This document shows, one piece after another, positions 51,388 through 63,801 of a stretch of 64,000 nt of DNA. Source of the stretch: Octopus sinensis (Eukaryota); the NCBI RefSeq assembly GCF_006345805.1, contig NC_043013.1:54808001-54872000 (forward strand), written 5' to 3'. The position numbers were made by a program, and so were the translations under genes. Each line of letters begins with the position of its first letter. The stretch's first letter is position 1. The notes under the pieces are model-generated. The model made no database searches. It worked only from the letters and a program-made list of their open reading frames with translations, and was not told the DNA's origin.

Positions 51388-52110
51388 AAAGGTGCATGGC
51401 TCAGTGGTTAGGATATTTAGCTTTTGATCTTAAGGTCATGAGTTCAATTCCAGGAGGTGTATTGTGCCCTTGGGAAAGAAAACTTTATTTCACATTACTC
51501 AACTCCACTCAGCTGGTAAAAATGAGTTGGACCTGGTTTTCAAAGGGGCCAACCTTGTTACATTCTGAGTCACACTGAATCACTCTGGGAACTACATTAA
51601 AACTACACAAGTCTGTGGAGTATTCAGCCATTTTTTTCTTTTTTTCATTTTTCATACTTTTTTCAGTCATTTCACTGCGGCCATGCTGGAGCACTGCCTT
51701 TTAGTCAAGCAAATCGACCCCAGGTCTTATTCTTTGTAAGCCTAGCACTTATTCTATCGGTCTCTTTTGCCGAACCGCTAAGTAACAGGGATGTAAACAT
51801 ACCAGCATCGGTTGTCAAGCGATGTTGGGGGGACAAACACAAACACACACACACATATATATACGTATACATATATACGACAGGCTTCTTTCAGTTTCCG
51901 TCTACCAAATCCACTCACAAGGCTTTGGTCGGCTCAAGGCTATAGTAGAAGACACTTGCCCAAGGTGCCATGCAGTGGGACTAAACCCAGAACCGTATGG
52001 TTGGTAAGCAGGCTACTTACCACACAGCCACTCCTGCGCCTACACATTTGTGTATTAATTTCATGAGCAGGCTGTTCCATTTATCAGATCAACTTGAGCA
52101 CTAGTAACCA
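51388..52110 (+). mobile_element. SINE family G interrupted by a family A insertion
   Basis: head GGTGCATGGCTCAGTGG and B box GAGTTCAATTCC; sequence resumes at about 52042 (TTAATTTCATGAGCAGGCTGTTCC). Confidence 0.7.
51640..52037 (-). mobile_element. SINE family A, full length, young
   Basis: reverse complement of 50937-51333. Confidence 0.92.
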
Positions 52111-53835
52111 AGTTTTAGCCTGCTCACCATAACTGGTACTCTGCTGTAACTGGTGGAATGCCAGTTAGTGTGGTGAGTAGCCTGAAACGTCGAAGTCACT
52201 GTCAATCATTTTGTTACAACAATTAATTGATATGGACTCCCGGAAAAAATATTGAGTAATCCTTGAGTTTAATGTTAATTTGATTGTTTTTATATTACTT
52301 CAAGTATAAAGAAACACACACACATACATTCATATGTTTGTGTGGGGAAAGGTATTGTTAAAAAGCATTAAGCATGGTTCTCTTGAATCTGGGCCCACGT
52401 GGTTATGAATCGCTCTTCCTCACCACACAGCAGCCATGCTTACTTCAAATGGTTAATTTTGTTTTTGAAAAAAGAAAAAAAAACCAGCAAAATTTTTTTT
52501 TTTATGCAAAAAACAAACACAATGAACATCTACTGAAATAATGTTCATAAGATATTCAATAAAAACGGTTTTACCTGTTTGCGGAACTTATCAGTTATAT
52601 AACAAAGTTAGGTCTATTATTTTTTAGCATCCAGGTAAATAAAAAAACACACACACACACACATATCCTAGTATGTGAAAGTTTTGTGATTACAACACTA
52701 TGAAGAAGGAGGAGGGAGAGTATCTGTATAGAAATATACACAAACACATTACGATGATGATAATGACGATGATGGTGATATTATTATAATTATTATTATT
52801 ATTATTATTATTACTATTATTATTATAGAAACATAATTATTATTATAGTTGTTGTTATTACAGTATCAGAATTGAAATGGGAGCTTGGGGACAGCAAGTA
52901 GCACCACAGAGTTATGTTCTATAGAGTTTACTACAGAGATTTACGCAGCATATCTTTTTCAAAGCAATTTATAGAATTGGTACCATCACCGGCACCTCCC
53001 TCCCCACCTCCTCAAACCTGCCTATCTCTTTAGTAAGTTATATTAATTGATAAACTAAAAGAAACATACACAAGATAGAGCAGAAATGTTTTTTATTAAT
53101 TCTACCTCACATCAGTTTAAGAATATGTTTTTCTAAAACATTCTGGTTATCAGTTCTTTCCAAACACAAAATGTTAGAAAAACTTATCATATCACAGTTT
53201 ATCGGGAGAAAATTCCTATAAGAAGGAAGAAAGCTATTCTCTGTTTTTACACACACCTACAGCCACCACCCTATCACACACACACATTTGCTTTTATATT
53301 TGACTATTAATATTTTTGATTCAAAGATATTTTAGCATGAATATTTTTCAAGAATTTGCTTTGTGGAAATTTCGTTCTTCAGAGTAAATCAATAATCCTG
53401 TTTCAATCACAGGCAGGAGATGTTGTGGCTTGCATGCATAAAGAATTTGTCCAGTGGCTCTTCGACCACGAATTCATAGTGGTTTCAAATTTTGGCAGAA
53501 GGCCAGCAAATTCTGGGGAGGGCCAAATCGATTACATCACCCCCAGTACTCAACTGGTACTTATTCTATCGACTCCAAAAGGATGAAAAGCAAAGTTGAC
53601 AAGATGTTCTTTAATACAGTTTTCTTTGATTCGTTCAATGCTGTTTCTATCAAATAGTACGTATGGTTCTATCAGAATGTTTCTCAATATAATTTCCTAT
53701 ACGCATGGTTCTATAAAATAGTATATACTAATAGTTTTCTGTAGCCAAAATTAACTAATTTTACTTCTTAAACAGTGTGGTTAGAATTAAGGAGAATAAC
53801 CAATTGCAAAATGGTTATACATAAACACACACACG

Positions 53836-53887
<52 letters not shown>

Positions 53888-53891
53888 AAGC

Positions 53892-54745
53892 TGTAAATCA
53901 CGAGGGGAAAAATTAGAATAACTTATTACCAGTGGTTCGCATGCATAATAAAAGCCATAAGACAACATATTCTCATATATAAGAGTGCATATAGATATAT
54001 ACACAATGAGAAGACCTATGGCAGGACTCCTTACATGCTAGAAAGGCCAGTTAAACCCAACCACGAAAGCATAATTCTAAAGGCAAAGCACTAGAATGAA
54101 AGGAATTATTATTACAGATGACAAATTAATTTATTTGCTCATTAATAAGGAAACTCGAGTTAAAAATAATAATTCCTTTCATTCTAGTGCTTTATTGGTG
54201 TGCCTTTAGAATTATTTGTTCATGATTCAGTTTAACTGCCCTTTCTAGCCTGTAAAGAGTCCTGCTGCAGGTCTTCACTATATCTATATGCACTATTATA
54301 TATGAAAATATGTTGTCTTATGACTTTTATTATGCATGCAAATCACTGGTAATAAATTATTCTCATTTTTTTTATCCTTATGATTTACACAGTAAAACTT
54401 CCTAATTCTGAGGCTTATAGTATGCAGTTTTTAAAAATGATTTGCTCCTGGCTATGTGAATGCACCTGCATGCTTGATTTGAATCTACAATGTTATAAGG
54501 ATATAGCTTGCACATGTTTATTTGGTACGTATTATTGCTATATAATTATGCATTGTTTTAGCGATCCCACTGACGTACAAATTAATTTATAGGGAAACTC
54601 GAGTTTGGGATTAACTAAAAATAATAATTCCTTTCATTCTAGTGCTTTATCGGTGTACCTTTAGAATTATTTTTCATGGTTGGGTTTCTAGGATGTAAGG
54701 GGTTCTGCCATAAGTCTTCTCTTTGTGTATATATTTGTATGCATT
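53892..54745. mobile_element. Three copies (one inverted, two tandem) of a PLE/retrozyme-like repeat with HHR-like motifs
   Basis: 53892-54113 is the reverse complement of 54165-54389; third copy at 54564-54745; GAAACTCGAG at 54150 and 54594. Confidence 0.7.
54564..54611 (+). ncRNA. Minimal type I hammerhead ribozyme-like motif (degenerate)
   Basis: stem I ATCCCA/TGGGAT; core CTGACGT (A9 mismatched); GAAA; 1-bp stem III with palindromic TCGA loop; GUU triplet. Confidence 0.45.
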
Positions 54746-54754
54746 CTTGTGTGT

Positions 54755-54985
54755 GTGTTTCCATGTGTGAGGGTGTTTTTTCCCTCACCACCACTTGATA
54801 ACTGCAGTTGGTGTACTAAAATACCCATAATTTAGTGATTTGGCAAAAGAGACTAATAAAATAAATTTTAGGCTTAAAGAAATTAGTACTGGATTGACTC
54901 TTTCAGCTAAAATTCTTCAAGGTGGTGCCCCAGTATGGCCAGAGTCTAATGACTGAAACAAGGAAAGATAAAAGATGAAACAAAA
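54755..54985 (+). mobile_element. SINE family A, 3' half
   Basis: CACCACTTGATAAC...GGCAAAAGAGAC...GGTGCCCCAGTATGGCC...GACTGAAACAAG. Confidence 0.75.
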
Positions 54986-57900
54986 GAAGTTTCATAAGCA
55001 AATATTAAAATCTTTAACTCTCTTTCACTGCTGGTAACCTGTAATCCAAGAAGCAGAGGTATATATAATAAAAAGGGTTTCTTTTATATATACAGTTTCT
55101 GTGTTATATACTTTTATGTATTTCACACAGAAACTTTGAAAGTTTTCCCTGTACTTACTCGTTACAAACATTCAAAATCTCATTAATGCATAAAGATCAC
55201 TGAAAGATGATCTCTGTTGATTTTTTACCTTATTAACAGCAAACTTCTCATCTGCACAGTATCTGAGTAATACACTGCTGCCGTTTGTACAGAGTCACCC
55301 ATCTATATAGGGTTTTTCTGATATCTTATACAGAAATATGCAAACTGATAAAAACACACAGCACCCAGTTGCATCACCGTGAACTGTTAAACTCCATAAT
55401 ATAATACTGATCATTGAAGCTGATTAATATGTTTACAGTAAATCTATTCTTTCACTAGAAGAACAAGGTGAAGAAAGTAACATTGCAGGAACTATTCCGG
55501 CTGAAATAGATTTATCTGTTCCAAAGAAACACAACAAATAACCTTTAATATAATTGGTAAGATAATAAGCTAATAACATTTGCAGAAAATTCATTCTTTT
55601 ATATTCTTAGAAAGAGAGGCAATTGTTGTAAAAACATTAAATCCAAAAATGTCGAGAGAAATGGAAAGTTTGGAAAGGATCTTTCTTGATTATAAAACCT
55701 TTTAACTGGAATGAATGTAGACATCAATAAGTTAGATGTTAGATATGTTTCTTTTTCATATGGAAGCGAAATTCCCTCAGCTTTGCATCAAAACCTAATA
55801 TCCTGTTGGTGTCTTATCCAAACCATACTGTCAAGGGAAAATGGACGTCCAAACAACAATAATTTGAGCATATCTTCTGCACTAATTCAATGTAAATATT
55901 AATGAATAAATAAAAAAAAAAGAATATAGTTAAGACTAACTTTTAGATGAGATAACTTGAAACAAATGTTGAAATGTTTGTAAATTTAATTCAGTGAATA
56001 CTGAACAGTGAGTTCTAACAGTGACTGCTGCTACAAGAGCAGAGTCATGCACAGGAATAATTATTGTGAAATAATTATATTAAACAGCATTGATTTCTAA
56101 CATAAGAGCATAGTCATAGAGTGAAGCCAACACCAGTATGTAACTGGTATTGTATTTTGTTTGTTCTGAAAGAATAAAAAAAATCAAGATCAACAAGATA
56201 TGAATTTGGAATGTAAAAGAAATGTAAATATACACTGCAAGACATTTTCTTTAGCAATTCTTCTGCTCTGCCACTCTACCAATTTTTTTATTCCGTCATG
56301 CTGGTAAATTAGGTAACGCAATGAACAATACCGCAATGTTACCACTGGTATTGCTTCACACAGTGCTGACATTTCTAAGAGTAAAGCTACAAAAAAGAAG
56401 CTAATGAAAGAAAATCTGTGAGCAACATAATAAATATTTGAATGAAATAATTTCCAAAGTCAAAGAATGCGTTTCCTCTTTGGTTCTTCTACACCAAGTT
56501 AATCATTTCTAGGATTCAGTCATTGAATTCATCTGCCTTTACTAACATTCTGTTTCTTTGATGCCACATTTTTGGATCCTATAAGTGGCTACGACTATGT
56601 CGACTAGAAGTGCACATCACAGAGAAAGATATTTGTCTCATGAAATGTGAGCCAACATCTAATTTACTAGAAGTAGTTAATGTCTTGTAATCCAATGTGT
56701 ACAGACCAATCACTTAGATATTGGCAGCATGCCAAGACAATTCAAATCCATTTACCAACCTCGAAGAGGAAGGAAGCCATTGTATAAACAGAGCGACTCT
56801 GTTTGGAAGCAAAGGTTGCTCTCTGTGAATTGTTTTTCTTGAAGGCAGCCATTTAACACTCTGCTTGGCACTGAGTATACACCAAAAAGTTGGGATTGGA
56901 AAGCAAATGTAGACAGACAGATGATAAAATATATTTCCATGATGTATTAAGTTATACCTACTGAATTATACATTACACACACATATGCACCCACACACAT
57001 TAACATGGCTAAAATTATTATATAAACATATCAGCCGTACACAAATTAAATGCGCTTTGCAATGTTATCATTCCTATTAGCTAATGGCACCAACTGAAAC
57101 CTAAAATAGCAACTGTTGGGATACACATGCAGAAAAGATGGCAGCTTTTTTTTTTGGTGAAAATATTACACCATTCTATATTATTTCACAAGATTATATT
57201 AGAGAAAACTATGAACTGAAAACTTTTAATGCTATTAGACATGAAATATTTGTGTGATTTTTCAAAACTAAATAACCTGGAGTAGAATGGAAACTGTGAT
57301 AGAAAAGGGTGGATGAGGAGAATGATTATTTGACAAAATGTTTATGCTGTTAAATGTAGTTTTGATGTAAAGATCTTCGTAGTATTAAGTGAAAGCAGCA
57401 CGCTGGGTCTAAGTTTCTAATAATAAGCTGTACTGAGGAGAGTTACTACAAGACAAACAGTACACACAGAGTACACACAGAGAACCAGTGTGTTCTAAAA
57501 CTAACCATTTATGCCATGATGTATCTTTATAGTTTACGACACCACATGATATTCATTATTCCACTTGCAATTAGTAAACATTATTAGACATCGTTAACAC
57601 ATGGGGTCCATGTGATTGTCTCTAATTGCTCTTTGTTGTTTCTATAATATTGATTTCTGATATGTATAGAAGGTCACAGATATTGGAGGAAGGGTATTGC
57701 AGATTACATTATCCACCCAGTATTTTACTGGTACTTTATCTTTTCAGTCTTGTAAAAAATGCCATGCAAAGTTGTCTTTGGCAATTCTAGAACTCAAACC
57801 ACAAAGCAACATAAATTAAATATAATCTTTTACTATCTTAATATATAAATAATTTAATTAATTAATCAAATAATTAATAATAAAAGGAGCAACTTTTGGT

Positions 57901-60379
57901 GGAGATAATGTAAGAAAGGGGAAGATCCTTGCAGACCTCCAAGACTTAGAGGAAAGTAATCGACATTCCAAAATTTGAAAGCAAAATAATTTATTTTCCT
58001 AAATACAATTCTCTCTCTCTCTCTCTCACACCACACACACACACATACACACATGCCTTATCAAGTCAGCCAGTGCTACAAGTAAACATTTCATTTTCCT
58101 CCAGTGAGAGGTCCTTCTTGAAATGTTGACTTCTTCTCAGCAAAATAATTTATTTCATATTATCTCTTTTTCCTATTAGATATATACAGTTTTTTTTTCA
58201 CCTCTTTAGATGGGAATGATAAAACAAACATGTGAATCGTGGTAGTTACCTTACAAGAAAATTAGGACTGTTAAGGCAAAGCAAGCTGACATAGATGTGA
58301 AACAGATTTGCCAAAGATCAGAATTGTATATTGTTGATAAACAAAGCTCAACAGTACGTAATTCATTTATTTTTCAGCCAATAGTAAAATTCCGTTTCAG
58401 TTATCTGACATCTTTTCTAGATTGAATAACAAACCAATCACTAGCTATGTAGCAGAGCTGCTTTATCATCTTCATTATCATTTAACAAATATTAATGATT
58501 TAATTTGACCTTGTTACTACTTTCGAGTTTTAATGTGAAGTTTGCAAGAAATGTTTGTAAATGATAACGTTCTCCAGAGAACGATTTCAATCAAACATTT
58601 TATTTTCAGAAGAGCAGGTTTAACTATTTTTGTACATTCAAGAAGGACTGAAGATGTCTGGATTTTCAATAAAGGATTAGACTAGACATGTATTATCAAA
58701 ACTAATTTTTTTGAAATGCCTTTACACAATAAAGAGTTGTTTTAGTTTTATGGAATATAAATTCCAAATGGATAATTATTTGATTACTGTCTATAAATCC
58801 TTCCAAAAACAAACAAACAAACAAATAATAATAATAAAACATCTTCCCCCACCAGCTCAGCAATACATATTAGTTCTTATAATTTATAAATTCCTTGAAA
58901 TCCTTCAATATTCTCAAATAAACTTGGAGATTTTTTTTTCATTTGTTGATGTCTAATAATAGAGACATAATCTCCTTTCGCTGTTGTTTATTGCATTAAA
59001 AATACTGACTACGTAAACATATTTCACTGCAAGTTATTTTCCATTGAAGTAGATCTGTGTTCAAGACATTCAGGAACTGCTACTGCCATTATATTCTACA
59101 GATATACCATTGATGCTAGTCAAATACAGAGATTTACTTGTTTGGTAATAGGTTGGCTGTTCACTTATGTGCTTCCATATATATATTTTTTACTATTCAT
59201 TGCTTGTTGCTGCATAATGTGAGCCAATGGAGAATATGGAAGCCCATTTATGAACAAGTAAAACTTAGTTCTTATAACTATTCTTCTTATTTAGGTGACA
59301 TGTCCAGAATGTAGGATATGAGTGATTGTGACTTGTAACAAACTATGTTTTATCGATGAGGTCTAATATGAATGAAAGATGTTGAATTGTCTCCCATACT
59401 GTCAAACAGCAAACTCATCTTACCATTGAATTCTAAATATAATTTTAATTTGAATTCCAAATTTGTCTCCTTTGCTTTTCATGTCCAGAATTAGTTATTA
59501 AAATAAAGACTGCTTATCTGTACTGATCAAAATTCCTTGGCCCTCTCCATCATGTATGATACTACATGTACTTTTATGAATATGTATGCGTGTGCGTAAA
59601 TGTATGTCCTTCCCTCCATCTTTTCTCTTTCTTCTCCATTTTCACTTACCTCGCTCCTCACATCATCTGGCCATCATCACCCATCTTCCATTTCAATCAG
59701 TCTCAATCTTCTTACAATCTATACCCCCACTCCCCACCTCCCACTAATCCCCCCCCCACCATTGTACAGCATAAACACTTCAATTGCCTATTCTTCCACC
59801 ACATCACTCATATTGTTTATTCAATTAATTTTGTGACTAAAGCAACAACATCTTATGTATTTTTTATATATCTTTACAAATTTTTATGTATTTGACATAA
59901 TTTTTTCTTAATATATTATATCTGACTCAGAAGAAGATCAAGTGCCAAAAACATCAATTCCTTTCACTCCACATGACACAACAGTCCAAAGAATTTCTCT
60001 ATGAACTTTCTGATGGATTAATTTTTCCCAACACAAACCACAACCGTTTCCATTGAATTCTGCTTATTACAACACTCACACACATTCATGTTGCAGGCAG
60101 AAGACTGATATTCTGTAGACTTTGCATAATTTGTTTATATATTTCCCCATTTCTTAACAAGATTATCATCATTGTTTCAACATCCTTTTTTCCATGCTTC
60201 TATGAATCAAAGATAATTTGCTGAGGCAGTGTTTCTATGATCGGCTGCCTTTCAATTTGCCAATCTTCCATTGTTTCCAAGCAATGTAATATTTCCTTTT
60301 GACTGGAGATGATTTCATAGAAGGCTAAAAACAATACAGGCATCATTTGGGTGATGATGATGCACACTATCAACTATCA

Positions 60380-60640
60380 CATCATCATCATCATCGTTTA
60401 ACGTCCGTTTTCCATGCTAGCATGGGTTGGATGGTTTGACTGGGGTCTGGGAAGCCAGGAGGCTGCACCAAGCTCCAGTCTGATCTGGCAGTGTTTCTAC
60501 AGCTGGATGCCCTTCCTGATGCCAACCACTCGGTGAGTGTTGTGGGTGCTTTTTATGTGCCACTGGCACAGAAGCCAGCCAAGGTGGCGCTGGCAATGGC
60601 CACATTCGGATGGTGCTTTTTACATGCCCACCAGCACTGG
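60380..60640 (-). mobile_element. SINE-like family D with two 5' units
   Basis: CATCATCGTTTAACGTCCGTTTTCCATGCTAGCATGGGTTGG...CTGGATGCCCTTCCT. Confidence 0.88.
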
Positions 60641-60678
60641 TATCACAACTACTGTATCACATACATTATATATATATA

Positions 60679-61040
60679 TTCTTTTATTCTTTTATTTGTT
60701 TCAGTCATTTAGCTGCAGCTATGCTGGAGCACCACCTTTAGTCAAACAAACTGACCCTAGGACTTATTCTTTGTAAGCCTAGTACGTATTCTATCAGCCC
60801 CATTTTGCTGAACCACTAACTTACAGGGATGCAAACACACCAGCATTGGTTGTCAAGTGAAGGTAGGGGGACAAACAGACATACAAACATACATATATAT
60901 ATATGATGGGCTTCTTTTAGTTTCTGCCAACCAACTACACCCACAAGGCCTTGGTCAGCCCAAGGCTATAGTAGAAGACACTTGCCCAAGGTGATATGCA
61001 GTGGGACTGAACCCAGAACCATGTGGTTGGTAAGCAAGCT
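60679..61040 (-). mobile_element. SINE family A
   Basis: GCTGGAGCACCACCTTTAG...GAAGACACTTGCCCAAGGTG...GAACCATGTGGTTGG. Confidence 0.9.
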
Positions 61041-61124
61041 ATATATATGTGTGTGTGTGTGCGTGTCTGTGTGTGTGTTTATATATATATATATTTATAT
61101 TCATAATTATATATATACACATAA

Positions 61125-61452
61125 TTGCCTTCCAGCCACATGGTTCTGGGTTCAAGCCTTGTGAGTGGATTTGGTAGACAGAAACTGAAAGAAGCCCATC
61201 GTATATTTATAGATGTATATAAATATGTATGTGCATGTCTTTCTGTCAGTTTTTGTCCCTCATCACTGCTTGACAACTGGTGTTGGTGTGTTTACATCCC
61301 CATGACTTAGTGGTTCATCAAAAACAACCAATAGAATAGGTGCCGGGCTTAAAAAATAAGTTCTGGAGTTGATTTGTTTGACTAAAATCCTTCAAAACAG
61401 TGCTCCAGCATGGCCACAGTCAGATGACTAAAACAAGTAAAAGAATAAAAGA
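61125..61452 (+). mobile_element. SINE family A with a deletion in the CORE-like part
   Basis: CACATGGTTCTGGGTTCA is joined directly to AGCCTTGTGAGTGGATTTGG. Confidence 0.88.
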
Positions 61453-62930
61453 ATATATGTGTGTCTCCATCCACTTCATATTCAGCCTCTTGTTCCTTGA
61501 GGACTTGCACTGACATCTCATCACCACCCTCATCTCTTTTTTCCTACTCGGTTAGCCCTGCCTCTCCTCTATAGTAAGTCACATATTCCAACCTTTCTGT
61601 AATCATGGATTCATTTCATCAGGCAATATAACATTAGTGGGTGAACCACAGGTGGATGTTTTTCTCTTTTTACCAGTATGAAGGCCAATCAAGTTATGTC
61701 AGCATTTCTGTGTGTATTCGGTGGGGAGGTGAAGGTGATGGGAACAGAGAAAGGAATGGTAGTTATATGGGGGTGGAGATGTGTGTGGGGGTGTTATATT
61801 TATATATATATTAGTTAAAAAGAGAGAAAGCTAAAACAGCCTGCATGTTCAAATTCAACTTTTAATTACTTTTCAGCAATTAGAATTTCCAAGTCACTTC
61901 ATACCTTGATTGAAATTATTCATTAAATGGATTTTTTCTCCTCAATGTTGGAAATCAACTACATTAGATATGGTAGTAACAAGCCAACACTTTGTTTTCC
62001 ATGCAGAAGTGGTGTCTAAGTAATTTTTGATCAATCATTATTTTATTCCAATGTAGTAAATATTCTACAATATATGTTTTTCACAAGCTCTATGAATAAA
62101 ACATAATCCTTTGACTTTCTTAATTCTTTATATTTTTACTCTCAGATATAATTCTATCATCTTTAGACAACATCTATAATAATTTGATTTATTTATGACC
62201 ACCCATTGTAGTTTGTCTACATTAAAGCAAGTTCGATAGTCCTATTGATTCAGACACTTGTTGGAGAGAACTTTTAGTATAGCATTCTTTTGCAACTACC
62301 ATTTTTCGGTACCAAACTTTGGTTTGGCACATGTAATACTGGTGGCAAAATTTTCTATACACATTACTAGTATGTCAAGTTTTTTTCTAGAAAACTCTTG
62401 AACTTACTGTAGTAATATGATAATGATGATGATGTTGGTGTTGATGATGATGATGATGATAATGATGATGATAATTACCTGAAAACATAAATGCTTTTCA
62501 GATTCACAAGCAAAGTAGAGCAGCTTACATCACATGAAACTTCTTATATCTAAATATCTAACATTTTAGGATGGTGATGGTGGTGGTGGATGTGATGGGT
62601 AAGTGGTGGCAGCAACAGCGGCATTGGTGGTGATGGTGGTGATTTGCAGAGCAAACACGCATTAATTCATGTGATAGTCATAATCTTTCTCATGATTACC
62701 AATAAGCAAATGAACCAATATGCTAATTAATCAATATGCAAATTACAATATATTAAAAAAAAACCCATGTTATTAATATTATTATACTATAATTTATTAG
62801 CAGATGTGGAAAGAGTTCAAATTCTTGGATTTTTAAGACATCGTAATGACGGGGTTAGACAGGAATTCTTATGACTTGAGTTAAACTTATCGAAACTGTT
62901 CATGAATCCCTTGAACTGTGCATATCACCC

Positions 62931-63450
62931 AAAAGCTTGATCATTGCTGCACAAGACCAGGCTCTTGCTACCAATTCAGTGAAGCATAACATCTATAAAA
63001 CTTCTGACACCCAGAAATGCAGACTCTGTGGAAAGAGTGTGGAAAACGCGACCCACTTGGTAAGTGGATGTGAGAGCCTTGCACAAAAACAATACAAGTG
63101 CTGCTATAATAAAGTTTGTGTGAATCTTCATTGGCTCTTATGCCATAAATACCAATATGAAGTAAGAGAGAATTGATATGAGCATGTTCCAAATAAAGTT
63201 ATGCTGGAGGACGGAAAAGTAATGATACTCTGGGACTATGATTTTCAGACGGATCGTGTAATCGAACACTGTCAGCCAGATATTGTCATATTGAATAAGA
63301 GAGACAAATACTGTCAAATCAATTATGTAGCCATACCAAAATTACATGAACGTTGTGAGTAAAGAGGTTGAAAAAATCCCCAAGTACTCCGAATTGAATG
63401 TGGAAATGGCAAGACTATATGGAATACGAGAGGGTAATGTAAAAGTGTAT
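62931..63450 (+). pseudogene. R4/Dong-like (restriction-like endonuclease) non-LTR retrotransposon C-terminal fragment
   Basis: IIAAQDQAL...CRLCGKSVENATHLVSGC (CCHC knuckle)...ILWDYDFQTDRVIEHCQPDIV (PD..D nuclease)...KEVEKIPKY; one in-frame stop and a frameshift. Confidence 0.9.
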
Positions 63451-63562
63451 TATCTAAGGTCTTTGTTGTGACTTGACAGATAACTAAAGACTCCAGTGCA
63501 TTATCACCTACACTGTGTTATGAAGGAATAATAATAATAATCATTATTATTATTATTATTAT

Positions 63563-63768
63563 TATGGTAGGATTGTTAGCATTTCACACAAAATGCTTGG
63601 TAACATTTCTTTCAATTCTTCACACTGAGTTCAAATCTCACCAAGATCAACTTTACTTGTCATCTTTTCCAGATCGATTTCAATGTACCAGCTGAATACT
63701 GGAGTCAATGTAATTGATATGCCTCCTTCCTGCCCAAAATAGCTGATCTTTTGCCCAAATTAGAAAGA

Positions 63769-63800
<32 letters not shown>
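63563..63800 (+). mobile_element. SINE family C, decayed, with (ATT)n tail
   Basis: CTGAGTTCAAATCTCACCAAGATCAACTTT...TGTACCAGCTG...GTCAATGTAATTGAT. Confidence 0.7.

Positions 63801-63801
<1 letters not shown>

Noticed and set aside
52110-52200. Imperfect hairpin followed by GAAACGTC (possible HHR)
   Set aside because: No CTGANGA core or stem I pairing visible.
58971-59222. ~83-codon open frame with a hydrophobic, GPCR-TM-like end (GWLFTYVLPYIYFLLF)
   Set aside because: No start codon or clear splice sites, no recognisable GPCR motif; expected by chance in AT-rich DNA.
59295-59345. Acceptor followed by VTCPECR (RING-like)
   Set aside because: Stop codon immediately after and no other RING ligands; probably chance.
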